Source of the DNA: Malacoraja senta
Taxonomy: Eukaryota
Length of the DNA: 64,000 nucleotides
Assembly (NCBI GenBank): GCA_038087875.1
Contig: CM075988.1
Span: forward strand, 13,766,001-13,830,000
Direction: 5' to 3'
Numbering within the stretch: the stretch's first letter is position 1; the number at the start of each line of letters is the position of its first letter. Made by a program: the position numbers and the translations under genes. Under the pieces are notes generated by a model. The model did no database searches, was not told where the DNA came from, and was given only the letters and a program-made list of their open reading frames with translations. This document shows positions 62,478 to 64,000 of this stretch, piece after piece.

Positions 62478-62865
62478 GGGCAACAGAGTGGTGCAGCTGA
62501 TAGAGCGACTGACGCACAGTGCCACAGACCTGGGTTCGATCCTGACCTTAGGTGCTGTCTATGTGGAGTTTGCACGTTCTCCCTGGTAATTCGAATATCA
62601 CTGTACCTTAATTGGTGCACGTGACAATAAAAGACCTTTGAAACCTTTGACCATGTAGATTTCCTCCGGGTGCTTCAGTTTCCTCCCATATCCCAAAGAT
62701 ATCTGGGTTTATAGCCTAATCAGCCTCTGTAAATTGTGCCTAATGTGTAGGGATTGGATGCAAAAGTGGGACAACGTTGAACTGGCGTGAATGGGTGATC
62801 GATGGTTCATGTGGACTCAGTGGGCCGAAGTTTCCAGGCTGTATCTCTAAACTAAACTAATCTAA
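62478..62865 (+). mobile_element. HE1-like SINE containing a ~65-bp LINE-tail insert (~62586-62650)
   Basis: A and B boxes; V-domain interrupted by cacgtgacaataaaagacctttgaaacctttga. Confidence 0.8.
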
Positions 62866-62991
62866 ACAAGACCTGTTGAGACATATCAGAACATTATGGT
62901 GCAGACTTTGGCATCAGTGCTCTCCCTCTCCTCTGTCCGATTTGGAGTCAGTCACACTTCGTATCTGGCTGTCAGCTTCCCATTAGCCACA

Positions 62992-63267
62992 GGCGGCACG
63001 GTGGTAAAGTTGCTGCCTTACAACACCAGAGACCTGGGTTCGATCCTGACTATGGGTGCCATCTGTATGGAATCTGTACGTTCTCCCCATTACCTGTGTG
63101 GGTTTTCCCCGGTTTCCTCTCACATTCCAAAGACCTACAGGTTTTTACATGTAAATTGTTCCTAGTGTGTGTATAGGATCGTGTTAGTGTGCGGGAATTG
63201 CCCGTTGGCGGGTACACGGTAGGCCAAAGGGCCTGTTTGCACACTGTATCTCTAAACTAAACTAAAC
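62992..63267 (+). mobile_element. HE1-like SINE
   Basis: ggcggcacggtggt, GGGTTCGATCC and (AAACT)n tail. Confidence 0.85.
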
Positions 63268-63684
63268 CTTGGTAATAGAGTATCTATGAAAGGTCATTGG
63301 ATTGACACGTTGATTCTGATTCTCCAGCGATACTGCCAGACATCCTGAGGGTTCCCAGCTCTTTTTTTTTGTCAATTATAAACAGCAAGGCTGGGGTTTG
63401 GGGTTTGTAGATTCACTTCCTGAAGGTTAGTTGTTGCTTGTGGTCCTTTCCACTCGCAAGATTGCCATGACAGCAAAACCTGGAGCCCCATTAGACCACT
63501 AGGGCCACGTAACATTCGTGAAACTGTCAGGATCAAGCAGGGGGGAGAGTGGGCAACAAGTGAGGGAGCAGAGCCAAGCATGACCTGCCCATTATCTTTC
63601 AGACAATGGAATATTTTCAGTCATAACATCACATCCTCAACTTTTGTAACAATAAATATTGGTGCAGTTGACTTGAATTTGCTT

Positions 63685-63925
63685 AAGTGAATCTGTGGAA
63701 TTCATTGTCACAGAAGGCTGTGGAGGCCAAGTCAATGGATATTTTTAAGGCGGAGATAGATAGATTCTTGATTAGAATGGGTGTCAGGGGTTAAGGGGAG
63801 AAGGCAGGAGAATGGGGTTCGGAAGGAGCGATAGATCAGCCATGATTGAATGTCAGGGTGGACCTGATGGGGCGAATGGCCTAATTCTGCTCCTAATACT
63901 TATGAACTTGTAAACTTATGAAATG
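63685..63925 (+). mobile_element. CR1 LINE 3' end
   Basis: gtgaatctgtggaattcattgtcacagaaggctgtggaggcc... homologous to 24230-24450; a shorter copy lies at ~8435-8560. Confidence 0.8.
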
Positions 63926-64000
63926 GCACAACAAATTACTCTTATATGGTTTTCTTGGGTAATTACATTGTAAGTGATTCAAGTTGTTATTTGTGCACCC

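Overview
This is eukaryotic vertebrate DNA, not prokaryotic. The repeat repertoire (HE1-type tRNA SINEs sharing a 3' tail with CR1 LINEs, Penelope-like tails, Rex1-type LINEs) points to a cartilaginous fish, probably a skate or ray; that assignment is inference. I found no convincing host protein-coding exon, rRNA, tRNA gene or CRISPR array, so the window looks intronic or intergenic and is dominated by mobile elements. It contains: two full-length but ORF-decayed DIRS1-type tyrosine-recombinase retrotransposons (2421-7171 minus; 56918-61704 plus) with ITR/ICR termini, ATT junctions, a Dam-like methyltransferase domain and an apparent 5'-leader intron; a family of non-autonomous Helitrons (TC...hairpin-CTAG) carrying a TATA/Inr promoter-like cassette and minisatellites; a hAT-like element with a 5-bp TSD and nested insertions; many Penelope-like (GIY-YIG) 3' ends carrying minimal hammerhead-ribozyme motifs, often as fold-back palindromes; and L1, L2, Crack/L2-like, CR1 and Rex1 LINE fragments. 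A few repeat-free, motif-dense blocks may be enhancers. I cannot claim a wholly new system. The best leads are the promoter-carrying Helitrons, the spliced and terminally self-correcting DIRS elements, and the hammerhead-bearing Penelope tails. All alignments were done by eye, and boundaries of old repeats are approximate.
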